64,000 bases of DNA from Leptospira sp. (GTDB taxonomy: Bacteria > Spirochaetota > Leptospiria > Leptospirales > Leptospiraceae): assembly GCA_034439575.1 (NCBI GenBank), contig JAWXAQ010000033.1, forward strand, positions 128,001 to 192,000. The letters run 5' to 3'. The position numbers and the translations under genes are program-made. The notes below the pieces were generated by a model, which was not told the DNA's origin, did no database searches, and was given only the letters and a program-made list of their open reading frames with translations. Positions 18,517-29,035 of the stretch are shown piece after piece (the stretch's first letter is position 1; each line of letters begins with the position of its first letter).

Positions 18517-19107
18517 TCAAATTCCTGATTTTGCCAATGATTTAACTTTATTGGCAAATCCTTCTCGTTTCGCTTGGGTAGAAGTTCTCACTTCGCCAAA
18601 GATAGTCGTTCTAACTTTTGAGATTCCACAAAAATTCAGAGTTCCAATTTTCAATAGTTTCAATCCAGGGGCTCCGTTCCAAATTCGATAATACCAGTTA
18701 GGTGCATCCATAGTTATTATAATGCGTGCAGATTTACCTTTTAATAATTTGAGTGGGAAGGGAGATTTTTTTTGGTATTGGAATGCGAAACCTGGTAGCC
18801 AAACTCGATCAAGCCATGCTTTGAGTAAGGCAGGCATACTCGACCACCAACTGGGAAAAATAAAAACCAAATGGTCTGATTCCCTTATTAAATTTTGACT
18901 CAAGATTAAATCTGGTTCCATAAATTGTTTTTCTTTATAAGAAACATATAAATTTGGTTCAAACTTCAAATCACTCAAAACGAGAAGGTTTACTTCAAAA
19001 CCAGATTCCTTTGCTTCTGCATAATAACATTGGGCTAGGTAGGAGCAAAGGGAAGTTTTAGAATTTGGATGACCTAAAACGATTAATATTTTTTTGGATG
19101 TTTCCAT
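18517..19107 (-). CDS. NAD(P)H-dependent oxidoreductase, flavodoxin-2 (MdaB/KefF-like) family
   Basis: ILIVLGHP, FPSWWSSMPALLKAWLDRV, PGFAF, LLKGKSA and TLNFCG. Confidence 0.9.
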   Translation of the reverse strand: METSKKILIVLGHPNSKTSLCSYLAQCYYAEAKESGFEVNLLVLSDLKFEPNLYVSYKEKQFMEPDLILSQNLIRESDHLVFIFPSWWSSMPALLKAWLDRVWLPGFAFQYQKKSPFPLKLLKGKSARIIITMDAPNWYYRIWNGAPGLKLLKIGTLNFCGISKVRTTIFGEVRTSTQAKREGFANKVKSLAKSGI

Positions 19108-19268
19108 TTTGAACGTGCCTTATTCTAAAAATTTCATTGTTTCTGATTGAATCGATTACTTTTGATACAGAAATAAATTCCAAATTCACTAATTTGAATA
19201 TTTATTTCTAAAAGGAAACTATGATACATTAGATAATCCTAATATACATTTTTTTATACCAACGATAA

Positions 19269-19300
19269 CCGATCGGGACAAATATGGTTCCGATCGGAAC
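19269..19300. promoter_or_regulatory. Tandem palindromic operator candidate (CCGATCGG x2)
   Basis: CCGATCGG at 19269-76 and GTTCCGATCGGAAC (perfect 14-bp palindrome) at 19287-19300, cores 21 bp apart, in a very AT-rich divergent intergenic region. Confidence 0.55.
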
Positions 19301-19497
19301 AGTATCTACCAATAAAATCCTAATCATCATTTATTTTATCAAAATTGAATTTAAACCAGAATGATATTTTCAATATTTCATACAAATAGAATTAGAATAT
19401 GTTGTAATTGTGACAAAAACTATATACTAGTTAAAAATTTGTTGCATACTCATGGCATAATTAAATGTATCACAATGTACATAATGTAAAGATATAT

Positions 19498-21549
19498 ATG
19501 CAAATTTTATTAAGGCTAAAAATTAGAACTCGGTTATTCCTGACTGTAGGAATATTATTAATCCCAATCATCGCCTTACTTAGTTTAGTTGCCATTACAC
19601 AAAATAGAGCCATTCAATTTGGTAAAAAAGAAATTAAAGGAATTCACTACGGTCGGGTTTTATGGGATTTCCATAGACAACTAACTATGCTTAGAGAAGA
19701 TAATCAATTAAATCAATCTAAATTAAATGATTTGATGGATAGATACCCAGAACTTGTTCGACAAAAGGAAAAATTGTTCGAAGGATCAGAGCTGACTAAA
19801 ACATTGAATACTTTGAATCAATATTTAATTAATTCTACTAAGGAATGGGAAGGTAAATCAAATCTCGAAAAAAGAACGACTATAGATGAAATAATCCATT
19901 TACATCTGAAGACAATAGGTTTAACAGGCGATATATCAAATTTAATACTGGACCCTGATTTAGATTCGTATTATCTTATGGATATCACATTACTCAAGTT
20001 ACCAGCAGTTTTGGATAAGGCTTCAAAATTACAAGAAAGGATTAATTTTATCAATTCATTGAATGATTCCAGTGAAAGTGAAAAATTTGCTCTTTTGATG
20101 GAAATCAATCAACTGGATTTGGTGATGGAAGGATTATTTTCTTCACTATCTTTAGCATATAAATATAATTCAGAATTGAAAACTTCTCTTACTGAAACAG
20201 AAAAGAAAACAAGACATTCTTATGATCATTGGAAGTCCGTCTTTGAAGTAAAAGACATTAAAGAATTTTTAACGGCAAAAAAAATTTCAAAAAGTAAAAA
20301 AGAATATGAAGAATTTCTAATATATGCGAATGAAATTTATATACAATCCTCTATCCAACAAGAAAAACTAATTCAAAAACGAATTTCAAATTACCAAAAA
20401 GAACAATTGGTTTCCTTTACTTTCGTATTGCTCAGTTTGTTTCTATCATTTTCGGCTCTTATCTACTCGATACGAAGTGTAGTAAAGCCCCTAAAAGAAG
20501 CAGGGAAGAAATTTGAAAAATTAGCAGAAGGTGATATTCGAATTAAATTCGATTATCCATACAACGATGAAATTGGTATTTTATATGGTTCGATTGATCG
20601 ATTCTTATATATGTTGTTGGAAATATTAAAAAATTTGCGTTTGGCGATGGATAAGTTTTCGCATCAGAGTCATTTAGTACAAGAATATTCTGAAAATCTT
20701 TCTTTATCTTCACAAAACCAGGCAAGTAGTTCGGAAGAATCCAGCGCATCTATGGAAGAGGTGTCATCTAGTTTTGAAAAGGTAACCAGTTTGATTCACC
20801 AGGAATCTACGGACATCCAAAAGATGGTTAAGGTAACGAATAATATAACAGACTCTATTCGAGGGATTAATGATCTTGTTGAGGGACTTTATAAATTTTC
20901 TGCTGAAACACGCAATGAATCAGAAAAAAGTCGGAATTCTATTTTTTCTGTAACAGAATCGATGGAAAAAATTCATTCGATCACCCAAGAGATAACTGGT
21001 ATTACACATATCATTAGTGAAATTTCAGAACAAACAGATTTGTTAGCTCTAAATGCAGCAATTGAGGCGGCAAGAGCTGGTGAACTCGGTCGAGGATTTG
21101 CAATCGTTGCCCAAGAAATTTCCAAACTTTCTGACCGAACGAATGAATCAGTAAAAAACATTAAAAAACTTGTTGATAAAGCCGAAATGACTGTGCGTTC
21201 AGGTGTTGATATTGTATCTGATAGTGTTCAGATCATTCAAAAGATTGGCGAATCCGTAGAAAAAATGAATCATAGTTCTGAAATTGTTTTGAAAGAAATT
21301 ACTTCTCAATATGCAAATATAGAAAACATACAAAATTCCTTTCTTTCCATTGCTAATCTTTCCAAAGAGATCGAATCATCGTCTCGTGAAGAAAAACTGG
21401 CAATCAATCAGATAACGGAAGGAATTCAAATCATTTCTTTAGAGAGTGGTGTTGTTGCAGAAAAAGCAAGTGAACTCAGATCCATTTCATTTGATCTAAA
21501 ATTAGTCGCAAACCAAGGAAATGAAGCGCTTTCTAAATTAAAATTTTGA
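19498..21549 (+). CDS. Methyl-accepting chemotaxis protein with large helical periplasmic domain and HAMP
   Basis: Two TM segments, [15 protein letters not shown] periplasmic motif, HAMP (DEIGIL), signalling hairpin [33 protein letters not shown]. Start 19498 or 19465. Confidence 0.93.
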   Translation: MQILLRLKIRTRLFLTVGILLIPIIALLSLVAITQNRAIQFGKKEIKGIHYGRVLWDFHRQLTMLREDNQLNQSKLNDLMDRYPELVRQKEKLFEGSELTKTLNTLNQYLINSTKEWEGKSNLEKRTTIDEIIHLHLKTIGLTGDISNLILDPDLDSYYLMDITLLKLPAVLDKASKLQERINFINSLNDSSESEKFALLMEINQLDLVMEGLFSSLSLAYKYNSELKTSLTETEKKTRHSYDHWKSVFEVKDIKEFLTAKKISKSKKEYEEFLIYANEIYIQSSIQQEKLIQKRISNYQKEQLVSFTFVLLSLFLSFSALIYSIRSVVKPLKEAGKKFEKLAEGDIRIKFDYPYNDEIGILYGSIDRFLYMLLEILKNLRLAMDKFSHQSHLVQEYSENLSLSSQNQASSSEESSASMEEVSSSFEKVTSLIHQESTDIQKMVKVTNNITDSIRGINDLVEGLYKFSAETRNESEKSRNSIFSVTESMEKIHSITQEITGITHIISEISEQTDLLALNAAIEAARAGELGRGFAIVAQEISKLSDRTNESVKNIKKLVDKAEMTVRSGVDIVSDSVQIIQKIGESVEKMNHSSEIVLKEITSQYANIENIQNSFLSIANLSKEIESSSREEKLAINQITEGIQIISLESGVVAEKASELRSISFDLKLVANQGNEALSKLKF

Positions 21550-21678
21550 TCAAAACAATTTTAAAAGTTTAATAAACTACCCACCATTTTTGAATTTATT
21601 TTCCGATTTTTAGAATCTTCAATCTACGTTTTGATATAATTTGTCCAATTTATATTTTTTTCGCTTGAATTTTTCATA

Positions 21679-21720
21679 AAAACTAATTGCAATAGTTTTA
21701 TAACTAATTAGATTAGTTTT
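21679..21720. promoter_or_regulatory. Tandem TetR-type operators
   Basis: AACTAAT-TGC-AATAGTT (21681-97) and AACTAAT-TAG-ATTAGTT (21702-18), 21 bp apart, directly upstream of the hydrolase-tetR operon. Confidence 0.7.
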
Positions 21721-21736
21721 TGACCAAGGAGAATGT

Positions 21737-22588
21737 ATGATAAAGAAAATATTGTTGGTAATCTTGAGTTTTTTGACAATTTCAGGAGTCTTTGCGGAGG
21801 GAGGGAAAATGCCAGAAGATAAACATATTGGTTTTTTTAAATTAGGAAAGGGTAGCCGCACGGTTATTCTTGTTCCAGGAATTGGTGACCTAAAAGAAAA
21901 TTACCTCGAACTCGCAGAAGCCCTTTCGAAGGAAGCAACCGTCTATGGATTGGATCTAAGAGGGACTGGTGAATCTACTGTAGGTTATGACTCCTACGGT
22001 GCTGACCAAACTTCTGAAGACATTTTGGAATTTATTCATAGAGAAAAATTGGATCGTATTACAATCGTAGCTAATTCGATGAGTTGTGCCTCTGCTGTTC
22101 TTGTTTCGACAAAAGTTCCAGAAAAGATTGATTCAGTTATATTAACTGGACCATTTCTTAGAGACAAAGAGCTTGGGTTTGTTATGCGAACTATGTTAAG
22201 AGTATTATTTTCAGGACCTTGGGGACCGAGTGCCTTTCAATCATTTTATGAAAGTTTATACCCAGTGATCAAACCTTCAGATTTGGCACAACATAGCCAA
22301 CGAATCAAAGAAAATCTGAAAGAAGATGGCCGACTTTTCGCTGTAAGGTCCATGTTTCTTGCCAGAAAACCAAAATCGGAAGATGCGATACAAAAATTAA
22401 CTTCAAAAGTTATTATCGTTATGGGAGATAAGGATCCTGATTTTGATGATCCAGTTTCAGAAGCAAAAGAACTCGCCAATTTAACAAAAGGAGAATTTTT
22501 TATTTTTCAAAATAGTGGACATTATCCTTACAAAGACAATGTGAACGAAATGGTAATACTTATAAAAAAAATATGGGAAAAAGAATAA
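21737..22588 (+). CDS. Alpha/beta hydrolase with signal peptide
   Basis: LVPGIGD, DLRGTGES, nucleophile elbow ANSMS, GDKDPDF and GHYP. Confidence 0.85.
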   Translation: MIKKILLVILSFLTISGVFAEGGKMPEDKHIGFFKLGKGSRTVILVPGIGDLKENYLELAEALSKEATVYGLDLRGTGESTVGYDSYGADQTSEDILEFIHREKLDRITIVANSMSCASAVLVSTKVPEKIDSVILTGPFLRDKELGFVMRTMLRVLFSGPWGPSAFQSFYESLYPVIKPSDLAQHSQRIKENLKEDGRLFAVRSMFLARKPKSEDAIQKLTSKVIIVMGDKDPDFDDPVSEAKELANLTKGEFFIFQNSGHYPYKDNVNEMVILIKKIWEKE

Positions 22589-23172
22589 AACACAAACATG
22601 GTCGACCAAACAAATCATCTAGAGTCTTAACGCGGGAAATAATTCTGACTAAGGCCTGGGATTTAGCTTGCGTTAACTCTTTTGAGAACCTAAGTATCAA
22701 GAGTTTAGCGGAAAGCTTAGAAATTCGACCACCATCTTTATACAACCATATCAATGATTTATCTGAATTAAAAAATGAAATTTCAAGTATGGCTATGGAT
22801 ACCTTATCTGAAAAATTGCTTTTGGCATTGGAGTCGGCCAAAACTAGTCACAAAAAAATAAAGCTTAGTATTTTGATGCGAACTTATAGAGATTTTGCTC
22901 ATCAATACAAAAATGTCTATGGGCTGATTCTATCTGCCCCTAGAGAAAATTTAGCACATAAGATCGCGGCAGAAAAAATTCTAAATATCTGCCTACACAC
23001 TTTGGACCTAAAGGAATTGGACACAAAGGCAATTCATAAAATACGAATCCTAAGGGCCACCTTACATGGTTTTGTTAGTTTGGAATTGGTATCCGGTTTT
23101 GGTTTACCCGAATCGGTGAATGAGACCTTTGAGCGGCTGATCGAAGACCTAAGTAAATCTCTTTTGTCATAA
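22573..23172 (+). CDS. TetR/AcrR family regulator with WHG-type C-terminal domain
   Basis: HTH LSIKSLAESLEIRPPSLYNH and C-terminal LRATLHGFVSLELVSGF. Confidence 0.88.
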   Translation: MGKRIKHKHGRPNKSSRVLTREIILTKAWDLACVNSFENLSIKSLAESLEIRPPSLYNHINDLSELKNEISSMAMDTLSEKLLLALESAKTSHKKIKLSILMRTYRDFAHQYKNVYGLILSAPRENLAHKIAAEKILNICLHTLDLKELDTKAIHKIRILRATLHGFVSLELVSGFGLPESVNETFERLIEDLSKSLLS

Positions 23173-23265
23173 ATTTTATTTAGTGAATGTCGAAAAGTCC
23201 TTCTACATTTAAAACTATTCTTTTCGGATCGCTTAGTTATTTAAATTCTGTCCATTAAGGTACCT

Positions 23266-25176
23266 ATGGCGCATTTAAATATCACTCTACCGGATGGCTC
23301 AAAAAAATCTTTAGAGCAAGGGAAGTCATTTTTAGACTTTATTCATTCCGATCTTCCTTTCCTAAAGGAAAAAGCTCTCGCAGTTGTAGCGGGAGATACC
23401 GTTACAGATTTAAGTTATATACCCACGACAGATATTTCCGTAAAATTTATTACCTTTGATGACAAAGAAGGAAAAGAAGTATTTCACCATTCCTCGGCTC
23501 ACCTATTAGGTATGGCTGTTCAAAGATTATGGCCTCACGCGCGTTTAACGGTGGGGCCAGTCATTGAAAACGGACCTGGGTTTTTTTTCTATGACATTGA
23601 TTTTGGTGAAACTATTTTATCACCAGATGATCTTCCAAAAATTGAAGCTGAGATGGCAAAAATTGTGAAGGAAGACCTCCTTGTCAAAAGATGGGAATTA
23701 TCACGCGAAGAGGCCGTTGAGAAATTTAAGAAAGAAAACGAACCATATAAAGTTGAGTTGATCCAAGGATTTGAGTCCGCCACTGTTTCGTTATATGGTC
23801 AAGGCGACTGGTATGACCTTTGTCGTGGACCTCATGTTCCAAGAACTGGACTCCTAAAAGCATTCAAATTAACAGCTATATCTGGAGCTTATTGGAAAGG
23901 TGATTCGAAAAACCAAATGTTAACTCGCATTTATGGTGTATCTTTTCCCACCAAAAAGCAGTTAGATGAGTATTTGTTTTTAATCGAAGAAGCAAAAAAA
24001 AGAGACCATAGAAAACTAGGAAAAGAATTGGATTTATTTAGTTTTCAAGATGAAGCTCCAGGTTTTCCTTTTTGGCATCCAAGAGGCACTGTTCTTTGGA
24101 ATACTCTTGCATCTTACATTAGAGAAGAATGCTTCCAGCGTGGTTATTCTGAAATCAAAACACCTACAATTTTAAATTCATCTTTATGGAAGCGCTCCGG
24201 CCATTGGGACAATTTTAAAGAAAATATGTATTTTACTGAAATTGATGAGGCTGACTTTGCCGTGAAGCCTATGAATTGTCCTGGTTGTTCTTTAATTTAT
24301 AAATACCATATGCATTCGTATAGAGAACTTCCTTTGCGCTATATGGAACTAGGAACTGTCCACAGACACGAGTTATCTGGAGTGTTGCATGGTCTTTTTC
24401 GAGTGCGGGCGTTTACCCAAGACGATGCACATATTTATGCACCATTAGAAAAAGTAGAATCTGAAGTCGAAGATATCATTGATTTTACGTTTGATGTGTA
24501 TAAAAAATTTGGATTTAGCGAATTCAAAACTTTTATTGCCACACGCCCAGAAAAATCCCAAGGCAGTGATGAACATTGGGAGATCGCCACAAATGCACTT
24601 CATGATGCACTTAAGAAAAAGGGGATTGAATACGGAATCAAAGAAGGTGAAGGTGCTTTTTATGGTCCAAAGATAGAATTCAACATCAAAGATTCCCTTG
24701 GTAGATTGTGGCAATGTGGCACAGTTCAAATTGACTTTTCTATGCCTGATCGTTTCGAGCTAGAATTTACTGCCTCAGATGGGAAAAAACATGCACCAGT
24801 CATGATTCATAGAGCGATCTATGGATCACTCGAAAGATTTATTGGTATCCTCATTGAACACTTTGAAGGAAAATTTCCACTTTGGTTGAATCCGACTCAA
24901 ATCCGGATTGTAACAGTGGCAGAAACTCACAATGGGTATGCGAAAGAACTCTTCGATGACTTGAAGTCAAAAGATTTCCGAGTCGAATTGGACCTACGTA
25001 ATGAAAAAATTGGTGCCAAAATTCGAGAATCCATCTTGCGCAGAGCGAACTATACTGTAATATTGGGTGATAAGGAAAAGGAAACTGGCAATGTTTCTAT
25101 CCGCAGACTTGGTGAAGAAAAAACCGAAACTCTTTCACGTGATGGATTTCTTTCCCTACTGAAAGGTGAACTTTAA
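23266..25176 (+). CDS. thrS: Threonine--tRNA ligase
   Basis: TGS domain, [47 protein letters not shown] and [11 protein letters not shown]. Confidence 0.98.
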   Translation: MAHLNITLPDGSKKSLEQGKSFLDFIHSDLPFLKEKALAVVAGDTVTDLSYIPTTDISVKFITFDDKEGKEVFHHSSAHLLGMAVQRLWPHARLTVGPVIENGPGFFFYDIDFGETILSPDDLPKIEAEMAKIVKEDLLVKRWELSREEAVEKFKKENEPYKVELIQGFESATVSLYGQGDWYDLCRGPHVPRTGLLKAFKLTAISGAYWKGDSKNQMLTRIYGVSFPTKKQLDEYLFLIEEAKKRDHRKLGKELDLFSFQDEAPGFPFWHPRGTVLWNTLASYIREECFQRGYSEIKTPTILNSSLWKRSGHWDNFKENMYFTEIDEADFAVKPMNCPGCSLIYKYHMHSYRELPLRYMELGTVHRHELSGVLHGLFRVRAFTQDDAHIYAPLEKVESEVEDIIDFTFDVYKKFGFSEFKTFIATRPEKSQGSDEHWEIATNALHDALKKKGIEYGIKEGEGAFYGPKIEFNIKDSLGRLWQCGTVQIDFSMPDRFELEFTASDGKKHAPVMIHRAIYGSLERFIGILIEHFEGKFPLWLNPTQIRIVTVAETHNGYAKELFDDLKSKDFRVELDLRNEKIGAKIRESILRRANYTVILGDKEKETGNVSIRRLGEEKTETLSRDGFLSLLKGEL

Positions 25177-25212
25177 TTGTATCTAATATTCGAAAATTGC
25201 AAGTGAAAAGAA

Positions 25213-26136
25213 ATGGACATTCAAAATACCGATAGAGCAAAAGCCTTAGCTGCCCTTCGCGAGAAGGAAAAAAATCAAGAGAATCTCGTCAAAAAAGATG
25301 CATTGTTATGTTATCGTGTTTTAATTCGTCATCCTGAAGTCATTGAAGGAACTGTACAAGTTCTAAAAGATACTTTTATCAAGAATTTTTTGACAAGTGC
25401 CAGTGGTTTTGATCTCAAAAACGATGAACAATTTGCCCAAACGATGCATAAAATTTTATCAACTGCCGCTCGGTTTCGCATTACAGACGTTCAAGAATTT
25501 TGCAATCGGGTTTCTAGTTCTTTTAAAAAAGAATTAGCCTATAAAAAAGATCGTCGCAATCAATTTTCCTTAGATGTACTCTTTCAAACCATCGATCTTT
25601 TAAGTGCGAGTAAAGCAGAAGAACAAGGCGACCCAAACCTTGCCGCGAAAGAGGAAAGTGAATTAAGCCCGCAAGAAAGGGAGTCAATGTTACTCAATTT
25701 TAAAGCATATAATACATTAAATGCGAAAATACTTGGCCAAGCGAATCTAAAAGAAGCTCTTCTCAAAAAAGATATATTGGAAGATGAGACAGCTTTAGTA
25801 CATAAAGAACTTACGATCACTTCGATTGAATTGATGTTTCGAAATATCATTGCCCAACAACTACTTTCTAGAAAATACAAATGTGATACTCTGATTGCCG
25901 AGTGGGGGAAAGAGTATGGTTTCGAAGATGATATGAAAGAAAGAGTTCTCCAATACATCCCACTCGATACTCCCTTGTTAAAATTTCGTGCTAAATATGC
26001 ACAGGGTGTTCAATCCATCAAAAATCAGACTTTTTCCAAAGCGAATGTGTTTGATTCAGATTTGTTTTTACTTAGGTCCCTGGCCAATTATTACACATCA
26101 TGGATTATGCAGGTTTCGGAGATGATTTCAGGTTAA
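25213..26136 (+). CDS. Hypothetical cytoplasmic protein, predicted alpha-helical
   Basis: 307-aa ORF that fills the thrS-infC gap in the same orientation; no recognised motif. Confidence 0.7.
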   Translation: MDIQNTDRAKALAALREKEKNQENLVKKDALLCYRVLIRHPEVIEGTVQVLKDTFIKNFLTSASGFDLKNDEQFAQTMHKILSTAARFRITDVQEFCNRVSSSFKKELAYKKDRRNQFSLDVLFQTIDLLSASKAEEQGDPNLAAKEESELSPQERESMLLNFKAYNTLNAKILGQANLKEALLKKDILEDETALVHKELTITSIELMFRNIIAQQLLSRKYKCDTLIAEWGKEYGFEDDMKERVLQYIPLDTPLLKFRAKYAQGVQSIKNQTFSKANVFDSDLFLLRSLANYYTSWIMQVSEMISG

Positions 26137-26227
26137 TTCTGTCCCACTGATTTATCCCAAAAGAAATGTACTTGATCGCTCATCCTAGGATCTGAGCATG
26201 GGAATTTAAAGAAACTTCGGAGACTGA

Positions 26228-26788
26228 ATGCAGAAAAGGCCAAACCCAAGAGGGAACCCAAACCAGGATAAATTCGCCCATATTAGAATTAATGAACAAA
26301 TTACAAATGTGAATTCCATCAGACTTGTGTCGGATGAAGGTTCTGATATTGTAACTTTGGAAGAAGCTCTACGTAGAGCCAGAGAGGCTAATTTGGATTT
26401 GGTGGAGGTCTCTGGAGACCAAGACGTTCACGTCTGTAAGTTGATCGACTTTGGTAAATACAAATTCGAACTTCTGAAGAAGACAAAAGAAGCGAAAAAG
26501 AAACAACATATCGTCACAATCAAGGAAATCAAAATTCGTCCGCGGATTGATAACCATGATTTTGAGATAAAGAAGCGTCATGCGATCGAATTCCTTGCAA
26601 AAGGTGATAAGGTGAAAGTGACTCTTCGATTCCGAGGCAGAGAGATGGTTCACTCTGAGATAGGAATGAATATTGTAAACCGGTTTGTCGAGGACCTAAA
26701 AGAGCTAGCCTCTCCCGAAAAAATGCCGGTACACGACGGGAAAACCATAGTGGTCGTGATGAACCCAATAGTGAGCCTAAAGGCTTAA
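26228..26788 (+). CDS. infC: Translation initiation factor IF-3
   Basis: [37 protein letters not shown] and FRGRE. Confidence 0.97.
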   Translation: MQKRPNPRGNPNQDKFAHIRINEQITNVNSIRLVSDEGSDIVTLEEALRRAREANLDLVEVSGDQDVHVCKLIDFGKYKFELLKKTKEAKKKQHIVTIKEIKIRPRIDNHDFEIKKRHAIEFLAKGDKVKVTLRFRGREMVHSEIGMNIVNRFVEDLKELASPEKMPVHDGKTIVVVMNPIVSLKA

Positions 26789-26800
26789 AGGAAAACAACT

Positions 26801-27001
26801 ATGTATAAACTAAAAACAAACAGAGCAGCAGCGAAGCGCTTTAAGTTTACTAAAAATGGTAAAATTAAACGTGGGTTTGCTTTCAAACGTCACATCTTGG
26901 AAAAGAAATCTCCAAAGATGAAACACCAAAGCCGTGGAATGCAAGTCATTCATGATACCGACATCAACCGTGTAGAAAAACTTCTACCTTACGGGGGTTA
27001 A
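26801..27001 (+). CDS. rpmI: 50S ribosomal protein L35
   Basis: KLKTNRAAAKRFKFT...HILEKK...LLPY; lies between infC and rplT. Confidence 0.97.
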   Translation: MYKLKTNRAAAKRFKFTKNGKIKRGFAFKRHILEKKSPKMKHQSRGMQVIHDTDINRVEKLLPYGG

Positions 27002-27004
27002 GCG

Positions 27005-27358
27005 ATGCCACGTGCCGTCAATGGAACAATTCACAAAAATCGTCGTAAAAAAGTATTAGCAAAAGCAAAAGGTTTTCGTGGTGGAAGATCTAAGCTTTTC
27101 AGAACTGCAAAATCTGCAGTAATGAAAGCTGGTCAATGGGCATACCGTGACCGTCGAAAGAAAAAATCAGAGTTTCGGAAACTTTGGATCACAAGGATTA
27201 ACGCGGCTGTTCGTGAGAATGGTATGTCGTATTCTAAATTCATCCATGCACTCAAAACTCATGGTATCAATCTTGATCGAAAAACACTAGCTGATCTAGC
27301 TTACAATCACAAGGAAGTTTTTAACGCCCTTGTGGAAAAAACTAAGGTCGCAAAATAA
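27005..27358 (+). CDS. rplT: 50S ribosomal protein L20
   Basis: AKGFRGGRS, AYRDRRKKK, FRKLWITRINAA and DRKTLADLA. Confidence 0.98.
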   Translation: MPRAVNGTIHKNRRKKVLAKAKGFRGGRSKLFRTAKSAVMKAGQWAYRDRRKKKSEFRKLWITRINAAVRENGMSYSKFIHALKTHGINLDRKTLADLAYNHKEVFNALVEKTKVAK

Positions 27359-27416
27359 ATTTAATGCTTGCTTGGAATAGAATGGCTCGTCTATTCTATT
27401 CCATCGGATCACCATC

Positions 27417-28100
27417 ATGTTGAAACTGGAAACCATTGAAGAGCTTGAAAGTAAAGTAGTGAAAGCCCTGGAGTTAATCCAGGACCTAAGAACTGAAAAT
27501 AGTCGTCTAGAGACAGAAAATGAGTCTCTACGTGCGGACAATGATCAGATGAAACTTGCTATGGAGGAGAAAGAGCGTGAACTGAAAACGCTTAAGACTC
27601 AGCTTCAAGACGCAAATAGCCAACTAGCAGAGCTAAGGGCCAGAGAAGAACAACTCGAATCCAAGGTTCATAAACTGCTCGGAAAATTGGATGGCATTCC
27701 TACAAGTGGAGGATTCTCATCAAAGTCTTCTTCGCCAGATACAAAAGCACCTGTTTCCACACCTGATAATTCCGCAAGCGCTGTTGCCAAAGCTCCAGAT
27801 GAAGCACCAATCACAAAATCAGTCCCTAGTTTAGCCTCGTCTTCCGAAGACGATGATGAAATTATTTTATTAGATGAAGATGATACTGATTTTTCACCTG
27901 AAGAATCATTAGAAAAATCTCCGACTCAACCCGCTGTACCAAATGAAGAAATATCCATAGTCTCTGATGACAGTGATGTACCTACTGTTGAGTTAGATGA
28001 TGAAGATGATATCATTATAGATGATGATGATGACAGCATTAGTGTTTTTGATGCAGATGACGACGACGACTTTCTAATTATAGAAGACGATCCAAAGTAA
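27417..28100 (+). CDS. zapB: ZapB-like coiled-coil cell-division protein with long acidic disordered tail
   Basis: LETIEELESKVVKALELIQDLR...LLGKLD matches ZapB; directly upstream of zapA. Confidence 0.7.
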   Translation: MLKLETIEELESKVVKALELIQDLRTENSRLETENESLRADNDQMKLAMEEKERELKTLKTQLQDANSQLAELRAREEQLESKVHKLLGKLDGIPTSGGFSSKSSSPDTKAPVSTPDNSASAVAKAPDEAPITKSVPSLASSSEDDDEIILLDEDDTDFSPEESLEKSPTQPAVPNEEISIVSDDSDVPTVELDDEDDIIIDDDDDSISVFDADDDDDFLIIEDDPK

Positions 28101-28101
28101 A

Positions 28102-28419
28102 ATGGCAGACTCTGCCCCTACGCCTCAGAAAATCACCAAACAGATTTTTGGAGAGAGTTATACGATCGTAGGCGATGCATCCTCTGCTTATATCAATACA
28201 GTTTCAGACTATGTGGAAGAAAGATTGAAAGAAATTTCTGCCACTCTTCCAAATGCCACCAAGACCAAAGTAGCAGTGTTATGCGCACTCAACCTGGCAG
28301 ATGAACTTTTTCAGTTAAAAGAAAAGGGCGTAGAACTTTCCGATACGAAAGAAATAGAAGATCGAACAAAGAAAATCATTTCTCTTTTGGAGGAAGGAAT
28401 CATTGGGGATATTTATTGA
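28102..28419 (+). CDS. zapA: Cell division protein ZapA
   Basis: IFGESYTI, YVEERLKEI and KVAVLCALNLADEL. Confidence 0.88.
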   Translation: MADSAPTPQKITKQIFGESYTIVGDASSAYINTVSDYVEERLKEISATLPNATKTKVAVLCALNLADELFQLKEKGVELSDTKEIEDRTKKIISLLEEGIIGDIY

Positions 28420-29000
28420 ATTTACTTCCCAAAAAAGAAGCAAGAGCTAGATTAAAAAACCATTTACCATTTCTAGAAAGGCGCGAAGAATTTGAAACGC
28501 GCATTCTGGGTCGTCTTTATCCCTTATTAAAAAATCATTCTACCATTATTTCTTATGTGGCTGATCCCGCTTTGGAAGTTGATGTACTTCCTCTCATTGA
28601 ATCCTGTTCCCTTCCTCGTCCTTCTCAATTTTGGGAGTTTCGCCATGTTGCTAAATGGTATTTTCCAAAAATAACGGAATCAAATGTTTTGATTTTTGTT
28701 CGTCCTATGTCTTGGCAGAAAGGAAAGTTTGGCCTTTGGGAACCAGTTGGCGAGGAAATAATTACACCGGAACAGGCAGATTTGATTTTAGTTCCCGCTT
28801 TGGGATATGCAAAAGATGGCTCTCGATTGGGTCGAGGCGGTGGGTATTATGATAAGGTTTTATCTGATGTTGGGCTAAAGAATAAAACAATCGGTTTGAC
28901 TTTTTCTAAATTTTTCCCTGTCCCTTTTTCAACTGAAGATCATGATTGTAGAGTCGGAAAAATTGTGACAGAAGATGTGATCCACTCTTTTTTGGATTGA
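28416..29000 (+). CDS. 5-formyltetrahydrofolate cyclo-ligase
   Basis: GKFGLWEP, DLILVPALGY, RLGRGGGYYDK and EDHDCRV; follows zapA. Confidence 0.9.
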   Translation: MNLLPKKEARARLKNHLPFLERREEFETRILGRLYPLLKNHSTIISYVADPALEVDVLPLIESCSLPRPSQFWEFRHVAKWYFPKITESNVLIFVRPMSWQKGKFGLWEPVGEEIITPEQADLILVPALGYAKDGSRLGRGGGYYDKVLSDVGLKNKTIGLTFSKFFPVPFSTEDHDCRVGKIVTEDVIHSFLD

Positions 29001-29035
29001 ACAAGTGGCTTACTTTCCGAAACTTATAGGATACT

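Noticed and set aside
19451-19468. Possible sigma54 promoter TGGCATAATTAAATGT before the MCP
   Set aside because: No GC at the -12 position with the required 10-nt spacing.
27990-28075. GATGAT/GACGAC repeats as a tandem repeat or CRISPR-like array
   Set aside because: They are codons of the poly-Asp tail of the ZapB-like protein; there is no repeat-spacer structure and no cas gene.
28400-28430. 6S RNA (ssrS), often located between zapA and the 5-formyl-THF cyclo-ligase gene
   Set aside because: The two genes overlap by 4 nt (TTGA), so there is no room for it here.
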